Assembly: GCF_001194135.2 (NCBI RefSeq)
Contig: NC_068983.1
Span: 156,294,329 to 156,358,328 of the forward strand
DNA: 64,000 nucleotides
Source: Octopus bimaculoides
Lineage: Eukaryota
Direction of reading: 5' to 3'
The position numbers and the translations under genes are program-made. Below the pieces are notes generated by a model. That model was not told the DNA's origin, ran no database searches, and worked only from the letters and a program-made list of their open reading frames with translations. Within the stretch, counting starts at the first letter, position 1. Every line of letters begins with the position of its first letter. Below, in pieces: positions 13,233-26,610 of the stretch.

Positions 13233-13479
13233 CATATATATAAAAGGAAAATAAGAAAAGGTAGAAAATGCTAAAATAATTTTACCATGGTGCACATTTT
13301 ACTACCGGTTCGCGTCTTTTAGAGTTTTTCAACTAAGAGTAAAATAAGAAAAACAAATTAACTTGGAGAAAAAACTTAAATTTAAGTGAAATATTTTGTA
13401 GATATTTCCATAGTTTTTGAATTGGTAAATATTTCCACAGTCTTCAGATAACCCGTCTGTCTCGCTGTCTCTTCATTTG

Positions 13480-15410
13480 TGAATGCCTCGAAAGTAGTAG
13501 TATTTCTGAAGGAATAGTTTGGGTACAGAGAACTGATGGTTTAAGACAGGAGAAACCAAGAATGATAAAAATTATCACTGTAACCCACGAAGAACTAACA
13601 CCAGACCAAATCAACATATTCTCTAAAGGGTTCAAATTCACACTCACCCCGACAATACCCTAGCTACAACGAAATGAAAGAAGACGTTGCGGAATTCTGC
13701 AGAAAATTACGACTCGCCGAGGAACTATACAACAAATACAACGAGAAAGAATCGTTAGTCCGAAATAAAAGTAACTACACCCCATCAAATGGTAAGAACA
13801 AAATCATTGACCATTTCTGTGAATACATCACGAATAACCCATATCAGCATATACACAAACAAAAATACAAGTCAAACTTCAGCAAAAAGGAATGGGCCGA
13901 GCAAAACAGATTAAAGGATGATAAAAACAATCATGATCAAAGAGGAAAGCAGTAATCTTAATGGTCATGGTATATTATATAATCCTAGTACTATTCATAT
14001 TAGAAGACACAATATATTATGAAAAGGTACAACACTACAGTCAGCAGAAAATAATGAGAAGCCTAAAAATAATGTTAAACCTACACAGAGTAGGGCTCGC
14101 CGACAAAGAATACTACTATATAACTAACTTCAATAGTAAATCCAATCAGTGCTACGGTATTCCATAGATACACAAAAGTGAAACATTAATAAACCATGCA
14201 AGGGAGCCACAGACATGATAGTCAAAGTACTTACTCTTAATCACTTCAAATTAAAACCCATAATGGCAGGCCTACCGTGGGAAACTCACCGCCTCAGTCA
14301 CGTTTTAGACACCCGCTTAAAGCCATTCCTCAAATATATCAAGAGCTACATAAGGGACGACCTAGATATGCTCAATCAACCCACTGAAACAATAAATAAA
14401 AAAACCCTGCTAGTATCCCTTGATGTAGTCAACCTCTATTCCAATATCCCTCACAGCCTAGGAATAGAAGCAATCCAATTCTGGCTACAGAATCAACAAA
14501 TAATTCGTAATAGAAGGGCTAAAATTCATCTTGGAGAATAAATTCTTCGTAGTTAATGACAACTTCTATCGACATTAATCGGGGACTGCGATGGATACGC
14601 AAATGGTCCCTTTCTTTGCTAACCTAGTCATGGGGTACCTAGAAATCAATATTTATCGTAGGGTACAAGAAAATACGGAAACCTATTCTCCTTGTACATA
14701 GAAAATAACTGGAAAAGATATCTAGTTGACTGTTTCATTCTTTAGTACGAACGTGTAGAGAGACTTCAAGAATTTCAAGCACTTTTGAATGGACTTGACA
14801 TAGAAATTCAATTTACGATGGAAGATAGCCACCAGCAATTTCCATTCCTCGACATCCTCTTTACGAAATCCAAAAAATAAAATAGAAATAGACATCTACT
14901 ATAAGCCTACGGACTCCAAGCAATATCTGCCATTCAACTCTTGCCACCCCAGACACATTAGAATGAATATCACTTACAACCTGGTTAAAGGGATTTGCAC
15001 TATAGTATTTGATACAAGCACAAGAGATACACGATTACATGCGCTAAAGGATACATTCAAGAGTAGGAACTACCCACCATCACTAATTGATATAGGTTTT
15101 CAATGTGCTCTACAACTCAACATCCACGAACAAAGACACCCCAGACTAAAGAAAGATTAACAACCAAAAGCTCTACCATACATATCCAGGCGCACCCCCA
15201 AAACATTGAGGCCTTCGACACAATCATCCAGAACATCACTTTACTAAAAGGAACCATAGAATGGATGAAATCCTCCAAACGCACACCATCATGAAGAGCA
15301 AAAGACAACCCAAATCAATGAAAAGTCTTCTAACATAGGCCCAAGTACACTCGTCAACAACACCAAAACCGAAAGTGAAAAATGTGGAAGACCTAATTGT
15401 GGTTTCTTTT
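13480..15410 (+). mobile_element. Penelope-like retroelement, frameshifted RT, truncated at the Cys-rich linker before GIY-YIG
   Basis: ELTPDQINIFSKGFKFTLTP; AEFCRKLRLAE; LKPFLKYIKSYIRDDLD...LVSLDVVNLYSNIPH; GTAMDTQMVPFFANLVMGYLE; WKRYLVDCFI (YxDD decayed); QFTME..QFPFLDI; YKPTDSKQYL..SCHPRH; NYPPSLI; KCGRPNCG at the end. Confidence 0.9.
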
Positions 15411-16139
15411 TCTTTCAGCATATTTCGTATATGGCGTCTTTCAAAGTGAGACCTGAGTGATTTTGATGCGTGTTGCTTGTGTGTCTGAAACATTATCTTT
15501 GAAGTGGAATATTATTTGTCGGTGGTTTTCTTTTCTTTGTAGTTTCTATCTGAAAAGGCTGGGAAAGAACTTCTGGGTAGTGTTAATATTTTCTCACTTT
15601 TTAACTTCCATCCTTAATATTTGTTTTCCTTTTTTGACTACACGAAGAAATTACTTGCATAGCATTATAAAGAAATTTATCATTTAAATATTAATAAAGA
15701 CTGAGGAAGTGAAGAGAAATAAATACTTGAAGGTATGGGGTAAAACTCTTCGTGACAAATAAATATGAGATGTATAATTTTTTGTCAACTCCATAGGGAA
15801 ATAGAGATTTTCAATAATAAATGTTCACATTATTGATACGTAAAAAACAAATATTTGCTACGCATGACAGTGAGAATGTTACAGAAAATAAATGCCTTTC
15901 AAAACTGGATAAAAAAAAAGAAAACTTTTTAGTTGATAATGTGTTCACAATACTTATTTCACTGACACCTAAATAAACACATTTTGGAAGCTAATGATAG
16001 CAATTTGTTGGTGCAAATGAATATGGTGTTTGCTAATTGCTTAACGAAATAGATAGTTGTTAATTTTTCAATAAGAATTTTTCCTAATGGTGTTGGGTGG
16101 AGGAAATAGAGAAATATTCATGATGAATGAAAGTGAAAC

Positions 16140-16620
16140 ATGTCACAAAATAATTTCTTACATGGAAAATCAATTATAAAAATCTTTCACACGTGTTATA
16201 GTAAAACTTCAGAAACCAAATGTAAAAAGAATATTAGCATAACGAAAGAAAATATGCCCAATTTTCACAGAAGTATGGATGGAATTACTTCTAGCATCAT
16301 AAATGATGCTAGAAGAGCTGAACACTGGAAGAAATGGTGGATAGAAAGGCACAACTTTTATAATATGATTGCGAATATTTTCGAATTGCATTCAAAGACC
16401 TTGAAGGCATATGGATACAAATGAGTACTTCAAATATACATTCACATTAAGATGCAGAGAAATTGGATCCTGCTTTTCAAATCTTTTAGTAAATCGAATA
16501 GAGCAAATACATCTCGAACCAATATTTTCACAGCGTTACATTTTAAAACGTAGTCTGAAACTTAATCTATCGAAAAGTATATGACACAATGTGAATCTGT
16601 TTTCACGGTATGTTTACTCA
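16140..16620 (+). pseudogene. Possible decayed TRPM-channel fragment (MHR4 to pre-S1)
   Basis: Collinear across shifting frames: DGITSSI (cf. TRPM2 DCIAAAL), LAS*MMLEELN (LACSKILKELS), IANIF (AIGVF), KDLEG (KDEER), KYISN (KFVSH). Overall spacing is about 76 codons versus about 81 in remembered TRPM2. By-eye inference. Confidence 0.35.
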
Positions 16621-16837
16621 CAACTATGGAGTCACACGGTACAAAACACCGTTACATTTTGTTTGTGAAATATGAAATTCCAAAATTGCAATGCACGTGT
16701 TGCAACAGAGGCATCGACTTATATCAGTTTAGGCTTCCTTAGAGCGACCAATATTCTTATTTATCAAAATACATTTCAAACAAGAAATATGGAAAATTAC
16801 TCAAGAAAATTGTCTCAGTGTTCTATATGACTTACAT

Positions 16838-16895
16838 ATAGGCGGTGCTCCAGCATGGCCGCAGTCAGATAACTGAAGCAAGTAAACGTAAAAGA
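16838..16895 (+). mobile_element. SINE family A 3' end
   Basis: GGCGGTGCTCCAGCATGGCCGCAGTC...AAGTAAA tail motif. Confidence 0.7.
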
Positions 16896-17134
16896 ATACG
16901 TAGATTAATATCCTAAAATCTATTTTGTATATATATGTGCATGTGTGTGTGTGTGTGCGCGCACGCGCGTGTTTGTGCGTGTATGCATGTATTAATGTGC
17001 TTGCGTGCGCATTTGTGTCTGCTTTTGTCTGTAACAACAGAGAAATTGGGATATAGATAATGCCGCTTGTGTGCTATCTTTTTGTGTTCCATCAATTGAT
17101 AGTGATGATTTAGATGATGATGCTTGTGGCTAAC

Positions 17135-17327
17135 GACACTACCGACACTACCACCACCGACACTACCACCACCGACACTACCACCACCGCCACTATCATC
17201 TTCTTCCTCCTAATCACCATCATCATCATCATCATCCTCATCATCATCATCATCACCATCATCATCACCATCATCATCATCATCATCATCATCACCACCA
17301 TCATCATCATCATCATCATCATCATCC

Positions 17328-17364
<37 letters not shown>

Positions 17365-17480
17365 CATCATCATCATCCTCATCATCATCATCATCCTCAT
17401 CATCATCATCATCATCATCATCATCACCACTAGCACTGCTACTGTCGTCATCATCAGCAGCAGCAACTGCATTCTCATCA
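17135..17480. repeat. (CAT/CAC)n trinucleotide array with a 15-bp unit (ACCGACACTACCACC)x3 at its start
   Basis: Visible; explains the poly-Ile and poly-Met ORFs 17110..17518. Confidence 0.97.
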
Positions 17481-20399
17481 TCACGTCATTGTCAACAATA
17501 TTGATGAAAACCATGTGAGTAATGGTGATAAGAATGTTAATGATAACAATGATGATGTTAATAATAATAATTATATTCTTTATTGAATTTTCGCTTATTT
17601 GTTTGTTTTTATGTTTTCGTTGTTTTGTTTACTTTAATTTAAGTTAATATCTCTCGGTTTTCTTTTCATATAGTCTTTTCTTGGAAAACGTTTGAGTCAA
17701 AAGTTTTTTTCAGAAAAGTGAACTTTGGAAATAATTTTCCCAGACCGATGATAAATTATCTATAGCCGACGTTTTATCAATCAATATAATGCGATAGAAT
17801 TTAAATAATAGAATTCCACAAAGTTGACAAAAAGACAAGAACAAAACAAAGACATTTTAGTCCTATAGCAACGACAACAACAACAAATATAATCATTATA
17901 CGAAGCCAGGAATGATAAAAATAAAACAATGAAAGAAAGACGAAAAATGAAACAATAAAACTCCAGAACAGTAACGCTAAAAGTATCTCTAAACCGTATA
18001 AACAACTTCAACATAAAGAAATAAAAGAAAGATTAGCAACAATAACAACAAGCAACACTGAAAGCAATCCCTGGAAATTGATATTTTTATTCAACGAAGT
18101 ATTTTCATTTGCATTCATTCTAAATTATATTTATTTACCATTTCTACTTTTTATACATTTCTTTTCTTTATTTTCTTAGCAAAAACAAGGTTTTAGCATT
18201 GTATAAATATATTCTTTGTTAGATATTCTTTGATTGGAATGTTCGGCTTTAAATTCACAATTATTTCATTGTTTTGTTTGTTTCTATTGTTGTTTGTTAT
18301 TTATTGTCTTGGTTTATGTCACACAGAAACTATACTTACGTGATCTGCATGGAACAAGTATTGACTTATTGACGAAAAAATAATCTTCCAAAATCAAAGT
18401 GATTTGCAAATAACAAGATCGAAATACTAATTCACGAACCGCCAACTTTCTACAAGGTGTGATATTTTATTAGTTTCCTCTTCTCCCTCGTTATTTATTA
18501 TCCATCTCTGAATTATTTTTTTCTAGCACTTAATCATAAATGTACGAATTAGTATTCTGACTTCATACTGTTTATATAAATAATAGCTCAGAATAAATCT
18601 ACTAAAATCTTGTCGGTTTATACCACTGTTGTGTATATATCGCCATCATTATGAAGTGCTGAGGGTTATCAAAAATTATAAAAATACGAAGAAAAAATTT
18701 GTAGGAATACCAGCTGTCCTTTTGGGTAAAATACGTAATACTGTATGAGATACAATTAATTCGTCTATGTAGTACAGAGAGCGTTTTACTGACGGAGATT
18801 TTGCGGGCACCGATTATTGAATCGAGAAGCAATTAATGTATAAATCTCGCAAAGAAGTCCAAAACAGTTGCGAGATCACAACAATTAAGAACAACTAATG
18901 AGGATGCCCTACCCTGCAGCTTCCCTTCTTTGCAATAACTGCTGATTTTCCCATAAATCACATTTGCATTTTTTAAACAGGAAAGGATACATGAGACACT
19001 CTATATCTGATATACAAAGATGGAATCATCACAGCTGGTACATATGTTATAAGTGTGTTCGATCAGAGTTGAACATGAGCTGAACAAAAACAATACCACC
19101 TAACAGACAGGGTTTTATAGCTGCACATATCAAGGTGATCTGCGAGTAGCAGCAATCAATTCTCCTTAAATCACATTTTGCTATCTTACATACAGAAAGA
19201 AAAGAAATATTACACGACACACCCTGTTTACAATGAGACTCAGTTCTCGTGCTGAAATGCTTTTTTATCCCAGTTCCGTTCGTTCAGAACTGATTTGTAC
19301 CTAATCAATTGCAAAAATCAGCAATAAATCACCAAACCGACCCCTTTTACCTTGAAATTTAATTGTCTCTAGCCCAACTTGAAATGAGACTGTGTTACCT
19401 TTGCAAAATAAATTTACAAGTTCAACAATGTAGATTTTGCACTACAGATTTAAACAAATGATTGTAATACTGAAAAACATTGAATAGTTTGGTACGTAAG
19501 ATGGTGTTGAAATGTTGTAGAAGTCTAAAAGCCAAAAAATTGCCAAAGGGCCTCCGGTTGTAAAAGTGTTTTGTGGATAGGAGATACTGATATAATAAAT
19601 ATTAGGAAAATATATAGGGAAACAAAAGGAAAATGCCGGAAAAAATAAAAACAGGAATACTACATGAGAGAAAACTACATTAATACAACAGGTTTAAAAG
19701 AAAGAAACTGTAATAGTAAAATAAAGACATCAATGAAAAGATAAGCCATAAAATAATGACATAACCTAAGACATAAAGCAGCAGCAAACGGTGGGATAAA
19801 TAACAGTACGAAATAACAAAGAAAAAAATCTTTCTATAAAACTAAATGAAAGAGAGCAATAAAACACGACAGACCGTCAGCAATGAAACGACGAAGAAAC
19901 AAGGATTATATAATGCGAGAGTATTCAACAAAACAGCTCATACACAAAATAAGGAAACTATGACAAAGCTCTATAAATAATAGATCAGATCCATCATCGA
20001 TTCTGTCATTCCTACGGAAGATTTTAACTTCACAACAAAGCACAATAAATTTGCAACCCATGAAAAGAATGCTCTTAGCCGTATAATATGTACCATAAAC
20101 TTTTTTTTTACCTTTCAAACACAACACCTACATTCCACCAGATATACGTAAGCAGAAAATATGTGGATAGGAAGTACGTTTAGATATGCAAGAAAAAATG
20201 TTTTACAACTGAAATTGCAACCGGCTTAAACAAAATTCTAGATACACTAATACATCAACATTTCAGAACATTACATTGACATCATCGTAAGTATTTTCTA
20301 GTAACTTTCACTAACACATGTATACTTATATAAAAGTATGTTCCAATTTATTGATAAATATACGTCAGAGTACAGCTACTTCTGATCCCCACCCAACCT

Positions 20400-23300
20400 A
20401 CAGAGTTCCAAAGCCATTTTGCTTTGACTGAGTTCACCAAATCCACCCCGTTCCAAATAGTATTTTTTTAGATAGTTAATACTGGTCTAGATGAGAGCTG
20501 TGAATTTAATTAAAATCGTAAAGGTAATGGATTCCTCCATACAAAGTTCTTTTTCACGAAATCTAGGATCTCTTTTACTGGAGATACATTTGTCACTGGA
20601 GATGGTCTTCGTTTTCGGGTAATTGTGCACAGTTCTGTCCTTCCCATTTCCTGATCTCCACTTTTAAAAGCGGATAATGTGGTTCACCTACCAAAGCTGC
20701 CTTCCTTAAGATTTACTTCCAATTGTTGGTATTTCCATTTAATTTTATGACCTTCAGATAGTAAGCCATAAGAGGGATGCCACAGGTGCAACAGCAATGC
20801 CGTCTATCCTGGATGACCACTCTTAAGCCGCTGAAGGGGAACACTCTGTAGTTGTATGGTGCTTTTGCGGGACATGAGGGCTTATATATCAATGATAACC
20901 ACATTCTTGCATAGGTCACCGAAGGTTACATCAGCACGTCCGATATTGTGCTACAAAAGTGATTACGAGTCAGAGACAGACGTCGTTTCCTCGATGTTAG
21001 GCTAGTGACTTTTATGTATTTTCTTTAACTCACGAGCACTTGTATTTTGTGCTGTATGAGCTTGGCTTTTCTCTGTTCTCTATTTATTTCAAAATTCAAC
21101 GCATATGGTACCATCCACTCTCACTCTCGAATGAAGAGGCTTTCATTCCACTTTTCTACAAAAACACCTGCTGATTCCTTTGAACAAGCAAGGAAATTAT
21201 CCGTTAACTTTCTCTTCCCTCGCATCCGGATAATGTTTTTCAGATAGAGAAGCATTCTTCCTATGAAGTAACTGCTTGTATGCATTTGTCCTTTCCATGA
21301 AATGCAATGTCTAAGAATTCTATACAGGGAACACACTTGTGAATGATCTTCTGATAGTTTTAGTCGCATAAACATTGTTTCAGATAGTACATGATTGTGT
21401 GCAGATGCTTTATTCTTTGAGCTGTCACTCTTAGTTTTCAATGCAAGGTAACTTCTTACTGTATTTTTATCTGTATATTTTCTTTGTATAATTAGCACTC
21501 GTCGTTTTAACTTATAATTTTTATGTTTATTCAATTGGGCGCTTACTTTATTTCTTATTTGCTACTACTATTCTCCCAATCAACTATTCTTGATTTTCCA
21601 TTCAGCGAAACCTTGTGGAATTTTGAGTAACTGAAATATTTACAAAATAGAAAGTTAATATCTAGGGATAAATTTTAATTTGTCCGTCATTGGTTAATCA
21701 GGGTGGACACACAATTTTTCCAATGCTTGTTTAAATACCATCCACCAAACAAAAGTTTCTTTCTACATGAAAGAAAATGGAAGTAAAACAACAATACCTG
21801 GAGAATGAAGTGAAAACATCCGCTCAAGCCAAACATAGAGACAACAGCTACCCATTTAAATGGTGGAACTTCACTCTTAATTCTAAAAAAGGTCTAAATA
21901 CAAACAAAATTAATATGCTTCCATATAGTTGCATATTTTACAACTATACTCAACACAGACAACGAAAGTTCCCTACAAAACAGATATAATATCTGTAAAG
22001 AAAAGAGCTGACATAAAATAATAAATTAACCACATTCTCTACTAAATTATCGAGGTACTTTAAGAAGATGTGTACAGACACCATAAAAACCTATACCCAA
22101 AATAATCTGAACATGAAAAATAAAGTATACACGATACGAAAATTCAAATGACAAACAAAAACAAGTGTAAATAGCGAGTTAAAACATTAAAGTTATTAAT
22201 TACTGAGAATGAGAACATCGAAGAAAATCATAGAAAGAGACAAACAAGCTAAAACAGTGAAAACAGCATAATATCTGATCATACCACTGACCAACGAAGT
22301 AAAATAAAAGCAATAAATTCGAAAAGAAATATAAAAAGAAATGTGAAAAGATTTAATGATATAACATTCAGAATATGCATATTATATGAATATGACAATG
22401 ATCTAAAATTGGAAATAATTAAAAAGATTTAAATCGATAAAAGAGCTGCCTATGGAACACAGATTCTTCCCAAAATAAACTTAACAATAAAAATGCGTTA
22501 ACCTGACCAACATAGATTTAGTAAAGTCCGGTACGGAGATATCACCAGAACTAAACAAAAGCTTTACATAGCAACCATAATAATTACAAAGAAGTGGTTA
22601 CTGCCTGAAACAAATACTCATACAGGAATTTTAAATCCATGTATATGAGGCAAAAATAAAAAGAACATAATAATAAAAGTAAAAAAGAAATCTCAATTCT
22701 ATATGAAATCAACGAGGAAACGATACAAGTAAGATAATAAAACCCAGAGACAAATCTTACAGGCATCCAATGTAAAAAGTTCAAAGATATATACCAGAAA
22801 TCAAAGAATGCCGATAACAAGAATCCTTGCTAAATCCCATAACTCATCATTAGGAAAAGTGACAATAATTCTTTGAACCAACAGATAATTCGTATCCAAA
22901 CCAAAGCGATTTTATCAAAATCAGAAAACTTAAAAATAGCAATTAATGTTGTGTAAAGAGGAGTTTGAAGAGTTAAAATGTATAGAAATCACGACGAATG
23001 TGCAAAAATTATAACTTCCAAATTTGAATATATTTGAGAAATAATAAAATGCAACGTCTTATTTTTACTATTAATGCTGCTAATGCCACTTGAGTCAATG
23101 TACCTGCATGTATTCCTGCCATCCCTGTCTATTTTGTGCATCTGTTTCGTTCTCTTCTTATTTGACATATATTTCTTTCTTCATTGTACTGATATTCTCT
23201 ACTATGTAGGCTTTCTACGGTGCCTGACTGTCCATTTTCCTACTGAACATATTTACTAATCTTCAGGCAGGTACCGAAGCACACGTACTATACATTACTT

Positions 23301-26250
23301 TTGTTACATCCAAAATCACAAAATTCTACCATTCCATCCCCAATATTCTTCATAACACGAAAACAATTAGTTATAATTTAACTGCTATGCTATGACTCCA
23401 TCCCATCTATAAATATAAATCATTATTTTTTTATGAGTTGACAATCTATGCGATTCCTATACATCTGAAACAAAACCATTGCTACATTCGTGTTTTGAAA
23501 TATTTAGTTGAGTTTAGTTTCTAAAAACCCCATCGTTGATTTTAGCATTTCTAAAATAAGTAAACTGATTTGAATTTTCCAGTGTGAGCTCATTCAATGA
23601 CGAATTTCTTTTATCGGCTTACTTGGCATTTATGACTTTAGTTTCATGGATTTGTATTTTTTCATATCGATAGGTTTGCCTGTTTCATCAAAATTGTTTA
23701 TAATTCATTACATATTTGATGTTTCGTTACTAAATAATGCATTGTTATCACTAAAATGCAAATTCGCCGCATACGTCTTTAAATATTTTCAATTCTTTCT
23801 GTTCCAACTCCGATTATATTTTTCACGTATTTTGTTATTAGGTGGAGAATATAAGTGGCCGCAAAAAATATAACGGGTATTCTCTCCCAAATATGAAAGT
23901 CATCTCTTAGATTTCTTTGGTAACATAGTGTGTATGTTGTTCTAACATATTTGTTCGATATCTTTTAGATAGCCATAATTCTGACAAACTATAGAAACAT
24001 AGCATCTTTCTACCTGTGCCAACAACAGAAAAATTTGAGAAATAATCTTAAATACCAGCACTTCAACAAATCTGAGAAATAATAAGAAAGCTATATCTAG
24101 CTTAAACAAGTCTACTAATTAACTGAACAGTGCTGGGAAGTGACAAAATCCAAAACTTCCATTGAAAAATGTAAAGATCTCACGTATATTTACTGATCAA
24201 GATCGAAAGTGAATAGTTTGCCGGAAGGTAAATTTTTCACCACCAAGTCTAAAGACAGACCGACACCTTAGGTCCTACATATTTAAATGAAATACTGACT
24301 TATAGATCGGAATAAAATAAAATACTTCAATTAAAATAAAGGACAGTTCACCGCCGATGTAATAGACCCCGTGAATTTTTCCTTTCTGTATAACAAGATG
24401 AAGCTATTGCACTTCAGTCTATCTCTCATAGCATCTTTTTTTTTTGACAGTAACGATATCCATATCTTTAAACACTGTACCCACTTCAATTGTCCTACTA
24501 CATTTCAACACTATTTGCAATTTCTCAGATCCACCTCGGCAGAACCTCCGTCTTTCAACTCGGATGAATGCTGCAAGAGTGAACACCTATGCCTCATTGA
24601 GTGATTTGTATCTTACCGAGTCACTCAGTATTTTCACTTCCTCGGATGCAGCTATGTGATGTTCGTATTATCCGTCCACGTCTGTTGTAACTCATCTTGA
24701 AATGGAAACTAGTGCTATATGTATCGTCCGTCACAATATATCTTTGTTCTCTGTGCTTTCTTTCCATATTCTGATTCATTGAACTTTCATGTATATGTGT
24801 GTCACATTTTAACTTGTAATATTTCTCTATTCAACCTAATAAATATCCGACCTAAATATGTTTCGAAAATTCTATTGCAACTTGATCAAAGTAAGATTAA
24901 TATATGTTTTTTAAATATGACATTCTTTTCAAAGCGTCATTAGCCAACAGTTATTTTAGAAACGTTTTCGTTTATAAGTTCCCAAGATCACCGTAACTGG
25001 ATATTTCCTTTTTCTTTTTTTCTCTTTATTTTCTCTCTTCTTTTTTTTTTTTGGCAGAACAGTACTCTTATCTTTCTCGATTCTGGTCGGAAGTAACAAA
25101 TCAAAAATATTAATGATTGAATTGTGTGCCGTAAATCCTATTGTAGTTGTTAGCTATATCAAGTTACTCAACAGCAATCATATATCTTAACAAATTTTAG
25201 GCACTTTCTAAGTCATCAATATTTACGAACCCAATCAAAAGAAAAATTCATTGAAAGCGTGAAAGAAAAGATATTCTAGCGGCACCCTGGTTTGATGGAG
25301 ATCGTAGATTACACTGTAAAAAAAAAATAATACCTTACTTCTGGAAAAAGTCTCCTTCCCATGCACAAGAAAAAGAAACTATACGACTTTGATCATACTT
25401 CAGATTGGGTCTTAAACAGGTCTCTGTTCTCTATTACTTTATTACTTAGTGAAGGCGTTGTTTGATGTTTTGTTTTGTTTATTTACTCAGAAAGAAGCTT
25501 ACTGATGGTGCTCCACCTGCTTACCATTAAGATTCTAACTAATTTCAACTTAGGGATAAGTTGAAAGAGAAGTTTATGGATTATTTTATTGTTTCGCTAA
25601 TTTGCAATAAATTTGCAAGCATGTTGTGTTTTTCACGTAAGTAGACTTTAAACACTCCTCCTATAAAGTTACAAAGGAACTGGAGTTTCCTTCCATACTA
25701 ATATCACTTCTGCGACGATGAGCCTCACATTATTTTATGCATGTATAACTCTAGGTAGCTTCTGATTCTTTCTGCGGCCTCAGAATCACAAATTAAATAT
25801 TCATCATGTAGTAGTCTTCTCAAATTGTTTATATTGAAGTCCTCAATGTCGTAAAATCTTTGTTTTATATATCATCGGATTGCCATTCCTCTGATCCCGA
25901 GATATTCTTTATCTTTCTGAAAATATCTAAGATATCTTTTTCGCCTAAAAAGCCGTGATAGGATTTTTACTGAACTTTCTGCACGTGTGAAATATTGCAT
26001 AATTAATGCAAACTGGTGAGTATTACTTGACATTCCATGCATCTTCCTATACATACATAAAGTCCCCTTGTCTTATTGAATTTTAAGACTAATTATCTTT
26101 ACCTATTTGCTCACACAAGTCTTTTACATGTAATATCACATTTGTTATAGGAAATATTATGCCAATTAATGCCATACATAATTCAATAACCGACCAGAAT
26201 TTAACACTTTCAAAGTATTTGAACACATGCTTCAAAGTTTGTATATTTCT
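20400..26250 (-). pseudogene. Candidate heavily decayed TRPM2-like channel gene (MHR3/4, pre-S1, S1-S6, possible NUDT9-H)
   Basis: Collinear minus-strand motifs: AWN 26032-40; GMAIR 25875-89; FIGGVF 25650-67; TWW*KI 24231-48; AFYYFSNIFKF 23020-52; LVWIRIICWFKEL 22866-904; FFDFWY..GF 22740-808; IFA..GFKI 22627-57; FFVIIMVAM*SF 22558-93; NVISLNLF 22345-68; MGRTEL..ITRKRR 20606-47; DPR..CME 20535-70; LERGG..KAKW 20414-56. Many stops and frameshifts. By-eye inference only. Confidence 0.45.
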
Positions 26251-26479
26251 CTTATTTTTTTATATATTTCGTTATAAATCTTATCACGATTGTCGCCATT
26301 TTTCATGCATTCAGTGACACAGAAACACTCGGAAATCTACATTATATTTTTATATTCTTTTTATACCTATTACACTCTGTCTTCAAGTAGTTGACGGCGA
26401 CGAGTCAATGCTAGAACTGTTGTTGCTATTTCGGTAATTGTTCTTAATACACAAAAGATTTGCATTTTCTATAAATAGC

Positions 26480-26610
26480 AACACTAATAACAACAACCAT
26501 AACATCAAAAAAAAGAAGATGAAGACGAAGAAAAAGAAGAAGAGAAAGAAGAAGCGGCAACAACAACAACAACAACGACGACGATTATTACTACTACTAC
26601 AACAACAAGA
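26480..26610. repeat. Mixed (AAC/GAA/ACG/ACT)n trinucleotide tract
   Basis: Visible. Confidence 0.85.

Noticed and set aside
16640-16720. KTPLHFVCEI*NSKIA as an ankyrin repeat
   Set aside because: Single isolated motif with a stop; no neighbouring repeats, and the upstream context fits TRPM better.
17110-17518. 134-aa poly-Met and poly-Ile ORFs on both strands
   Set aside because: Produced by the (CAT)n array.
20420-20460. LERGGFGEL as a protein-kinase glycine loop
   Set aside because: No VAIK/HRD/DFG motifs follow.
21121-21534. 137-aa minus-strand ORF as a stand-alone gene
   Set aside because: No recognisable domain and no ATG start; at best part of the decayed 20-26 kb relic.
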